This document shows positions 60,183 to 64,000 of a DNA stretch of 64,000 nucleotides, one piece after another (within the stretch, counting starts at the first letter, position 1; every line of letters starts with the position of its first letter). The position numbers and the translations under genes were made by a program. The notes beneath the pieces were generated by a model that saw only the letters and a list, made by a program, of their open reading frames with translations, was not told the origin of the DNA and did no database searches. The DNA is from the human T2T-CHM13v2.0 reference genome, Homo sapiens. The stretch lies in NCBI RefSeq assembly GCF_009914755.1, contig NC_060934.1; one strand, written 5' to 3'.

Positions 60183-60740
60183 CCTTTATTAGTTTTTCTT
60201 GCTGTGTAGCAAATTATCACAAGCTTATCAGGTTAAAACAAGGACCGTTTATTATTTTATACTGTCTGTTGGTCAGGAATCTGGGCATGAGTTAACTGCC
60301 CTTTGTTAAACCCTGTACTCAGGGCTTCACAAGGCTGAAGTTATGGTCTGTTGAGCTGCCGTCTCATCTGAGGCAGAAGGACTTCTTCCAAGGTCACTAG
60401 TTGTTGGCAGAGTTCAGTATATTGAAGTTGTAGGTCTTAGGTTTTTCTAGTTACTGTTAGCCAGGGGCTCTTCTTAGCCTCTAGAAGATGGCCGCTGTTC
60501 CCTGCCACATGGCCCTCTCTACAACATGACACTGTGCTTCTTTTAGGCCAGTTATACAATCTCTTTTCCTTTAAATCTCTTTCTTCAGTCTGTTATAATG
60601 GAGACTGATAAAATTCAATAATCATAGGAGTGACTATTCTACCACCTTTGGCATATAATGTAACGTAATCAAGGGAGTGAATTTTCCATTGTATTCACAG
60701 ATTCCACCTATACTTAAGGGAAAGGCTTTAACATATATTG
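60183..60740. mobile_element. MLT1-type MaLR LTR
   Basis: ttgctgtgtagcaaattatcacaagctta...ggtcaggaatctgggcatg...cacaaggctgaa...ccctgccacatggccctct. Confidence 0.7.
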
Positions 60741-62252
60741 TATTAAAATATTAGAAATGTGTATATGTTTATCTTTTGAATTAGGGTAAAAAAATGGAAA
60801 GTTATTTAAAGTATATGAAAATAGAGTAAAGATATTGACTGAAATAATAGTATTATAGTTTTGTCAAAATAGTTCTTTTTATATCAAATATATTTTATTA
60901 CAATTTATGTTATCAAATATGTTTTCACTCCTACTATCTCCTGTCCTTTCTTCTGTAAACCCATTAGATTTTAATTTTACTTTTATTAATTTATTCTGTA
61001 AAACATTTTTATGTGAATTACATGCCAATCAAGCAATTATTATGGTATAAAGACTTCATGTGGGTAAAGACAGTGATAATAACTGTTTATTTAAAAGGCA
61101 GGTTTTATCTTTTCAGTCTACTAGCATCATTGTTGGCAAAATTCACTGGTTCTATTTTCCTTTATAATTATAAAGATGTTTGAGGAATAGATATCTTTGT
61201 TAAGGATTTTTGGTATTTACTTGTTAATACTGTACCAAATTTTTGATAACTAATTAGAAGTTTTTTCTTTTACTGTTCCTAAATTATATGTGTTGTAAAA
61301 GTTTCTTGTAGTACCATAGTCTTATATCTATGAATGGAATTCTAGAAATCGAGAAATGTTTTAAAATGTCAAATGCACAATATACTTACTAGAGTAGGAA
61401 ATTTTAAGTTGGTGGCTATTTGTACAGAATTAATCAGACATTAATTTAGCCATTGAGATCCTCTGCCATTTAAACATATTATTTGATTAATTTATGTACT
61501 TTGGAAAGCTGTTTTAATCTAATGTAAATCAAACAAAAGTTTTCTTCATTGTCTTCAAACTTTAATAGGGTGTTTTATGTTTTAGGTTGCCAATCTCTTT
61601 AGCATTTAAATATCCTTAAGATCCTTTAGAAATTCTAGTGACTGTGAGACATATAGCAGTGTTATGTGATAAATATTCCAATAATATAGTAATTAAACAG
61701 GGAAAAAATCTTTTTGTTTTGAAATGCTGGGAATCATGCCATTGAGTTCATTTGCATGTTTGTAATATGAGATTTTATTTTGGTAGCACTTGTTCTTCAT
61801 GATTTATAATGTCATGCAATTAAATCTTGATAATAAAAAATAGAAAAAAGTACTACTGTAGCGGTAGTGCTAATAACTTCAAAAAAAGTGTATTGAACTT
61901 AAGTACTTTGTATTCTACAATAGTGCTGTTCATCAACATTTATATATCACAGTTTAAATTAAATTAGATTGACTCTCAATTACCTGTTTCTGAGCAAACT
62001 GGCTTTGACAATTCACTATTATATCAATCTGCAAAGTGATGTCATAATTTAGATTAGATTTTTTAATGAGAATGATGCTAGGAATTATTCTTCACTTTGC
62101 AATTCTAATTTCCATTCTATACTGGTTAATTTCCTTACTAGCATTGGTTAAGTTATACAGAACAAAATAGAAGAAGAAGTGAATCCTAGTGCTGATGTCT
62201 ATACAATTTTATCACAAATAAATTAGCATTTTCAACATAGATGAGTCATTTG

Positions 62253-62253
<1 letters not shown>

Positions 62254-62282
<29 letters not shown>
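62254..62282. repeat. (CA)n microsatellite
   Basis: Read directly from the sequence. Confidence 0.95.
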
Positions 62283-62285
<3 letters not shown>

Positions 62286-62769
62286 CAGAAAACTACTGGT
62301 TAAGTAGATATTAAAGAGGATGTTTTAACTTATACATATGATTTGAAAAGTGGCTATCATAAAAATGTGCTGATGGAGTTGCCCTTGTATATATATATTT
62401 TTTAAATTGACACAGAACACTTTTCGTTATTTGTGGTTCTTGTCTTTTAAATTGTTATATGCTTGAAGAAGTTATCATATATATTTTCAAATACACTTTT
62501 TTCTTTTTTAAAAAAGTTTCAATTCTTTTTGTCATTTAACCAACCAAGGTAACATAAATTCAAAAGGTAGTATTAGAAATTGTTAATTTTATCAGTTAAA
62601 GATGTATTAACTATACTAATTAGAAATATAAATGTGAATGATATAACAAATATGTAAGAAACACATATAGAGGAGAATGGAAGATTTTCTAATAGCTATA
62701 AAATAATACTGGCTATGATAGGTACAAATGTTCTCAAAATTCTCACAAGGAAGATATATTACATTTACA

Positions 62770-62866
62770 CTACATTGACAGAATTGAGTAGTGAAACCAG
62801 AGACCATATTGCCCACAAAGCTGAAAATATTTACTGTCTGGTTCTTTACAGAAAAAGTTCGTTGAC
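62770..62866. mobile_element. MER58-type fragment
   Basis: cagaattgagtagtg...cagagaccatattgcccacaaagctgaaaatatttactgtctggttctttacagaaaaagtt. Confidence 0.65.
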
Positions 62867-64000
62867 TTTTTATGCAAAATGCTCTTATCTAATCCCTTAT
62901 CCAGAGCTATTCTTTACAAGGAATAAAATTGTTTGAATTAGGTGAGATGGTATAAATGTAAAATCTGCTTTTCTAAGAAAATTTCTTATGACAAACATTT
63001 TCAACTTTTCCAGTGGTAAAATAAATTTGAGTAAAGAAGATTTTTCATTTCTTTATATTATAAATTTTTATAAAGTCATTAATTATATTTTGAAATCTAA
63101 TGAAACTCTTCTAAAAATTTTAATGCGGTTTTGTTAAATATTCATAATAATCCCATAGATATTTTTAGATGGTTGCCCTTGTAATATAGTATTCTTTTAT
63201 AAACTACCCTGGTTTTTATATAACATATTGTAAACAATTTTAGTTTTAATATAATATTAATTAATGTTTTTAATACTATAAGAATTTTTTCAGATCATAT
63301 ACTTCCATAGTCTGTTACTGGAAATTTGGAGTTATTTTTGTTTTAAAAAAGAGCAAGGTGATGAATATCTTTGTGTGCATTCATCTTCTATTTTAGAAAA
63401 TTATTTCTTTTGCACATATGTCCCCAAATTAAATTATTGGGTTAAAGTATATAAACAAATTTATGATTGTATATTATGCACTAGGCATTATTCAAGGTAT
63501 TGTATATGATTTAGTGCTGTTATTCCTAACTTATAAAATATTTTTATCTAAATTTTTATAAATGAACAAAATAACTTGTTGAATTTCATACAGTAGGCAA
63601 TTGAATTGAGATATGAGACTGGTCAATTTGACACCAGATCCCATTCTACCACTATTAACTCACACTTCTTTATTTTACTATCATTTTATTAGTATTAATA
63701 TTAAGGCTGAACATTTTTCTATTTATAAAATATTTACTGAGAAGAATTTATAAACAAACATATTTATAATCTTATATTTATATCTCAGGACAGCTTCCTG
63801 AGGATATTTTGTTTTAGCTCTAGACACGCTTCCATTTTAAACCTAAACTGGAAGTGTGTAAAAGTTAGTCATTTGAAAAAAATATAACTATACTTGATTT
63901 GTTTGCAATTACAATTAAGTATTACCTCTTGGGGTTTGTTAAGAACTTCTACTTCAGAAATTGTTTAAAAAATGACTTAATTTTTGGCAAAGGTATTAAA

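Overview
AT-rich primate (very likely human) genomic DNA from inside a large + strand gene. Four short coding exons (8258-8310, 43987-44081, 49220-49298, 51218-51375) have canonical AG/GT boundaries and compatible phases. They splice into one open frame (CDSENRYVGNPLRGTCY-Y-SLLIDYQFTFSLLQEDDRHHTAINFIANPEQ-SNKNLDISINASNNFNLNITWSVGST-A-GTISGEETSIVSK...NFSWPIKIQ) that I recognise as the membrane-proximal ectodomain of attractin-like 1 (ATRNL1; probably exons 21-24, numbering from memory). The rest is intron filled with decayed transposons: nested LINE-1s, at least 9 Alus, three full-length solo ERV LTRs with target-site duplications (TSDs) including a MER11, MaLR LTRs, DNA-transposon fossils, L2/MIR and microsatellites. 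Nearly all entries in the ORF track are repeat-derived or chance ORFs. I find no wholly new multi-gene system. The best lead is a possible intronic stop and poly(A) signal right after the last ectodomain exon, which could yield a secreted ATRNL1 paralleling soluble attractin. Secondary observations are template-switch scars, palindromes and inverted Alu pairs. Repeat subfamily names come from recall of consensus sequences, and boundaries without a TSD are approximate.
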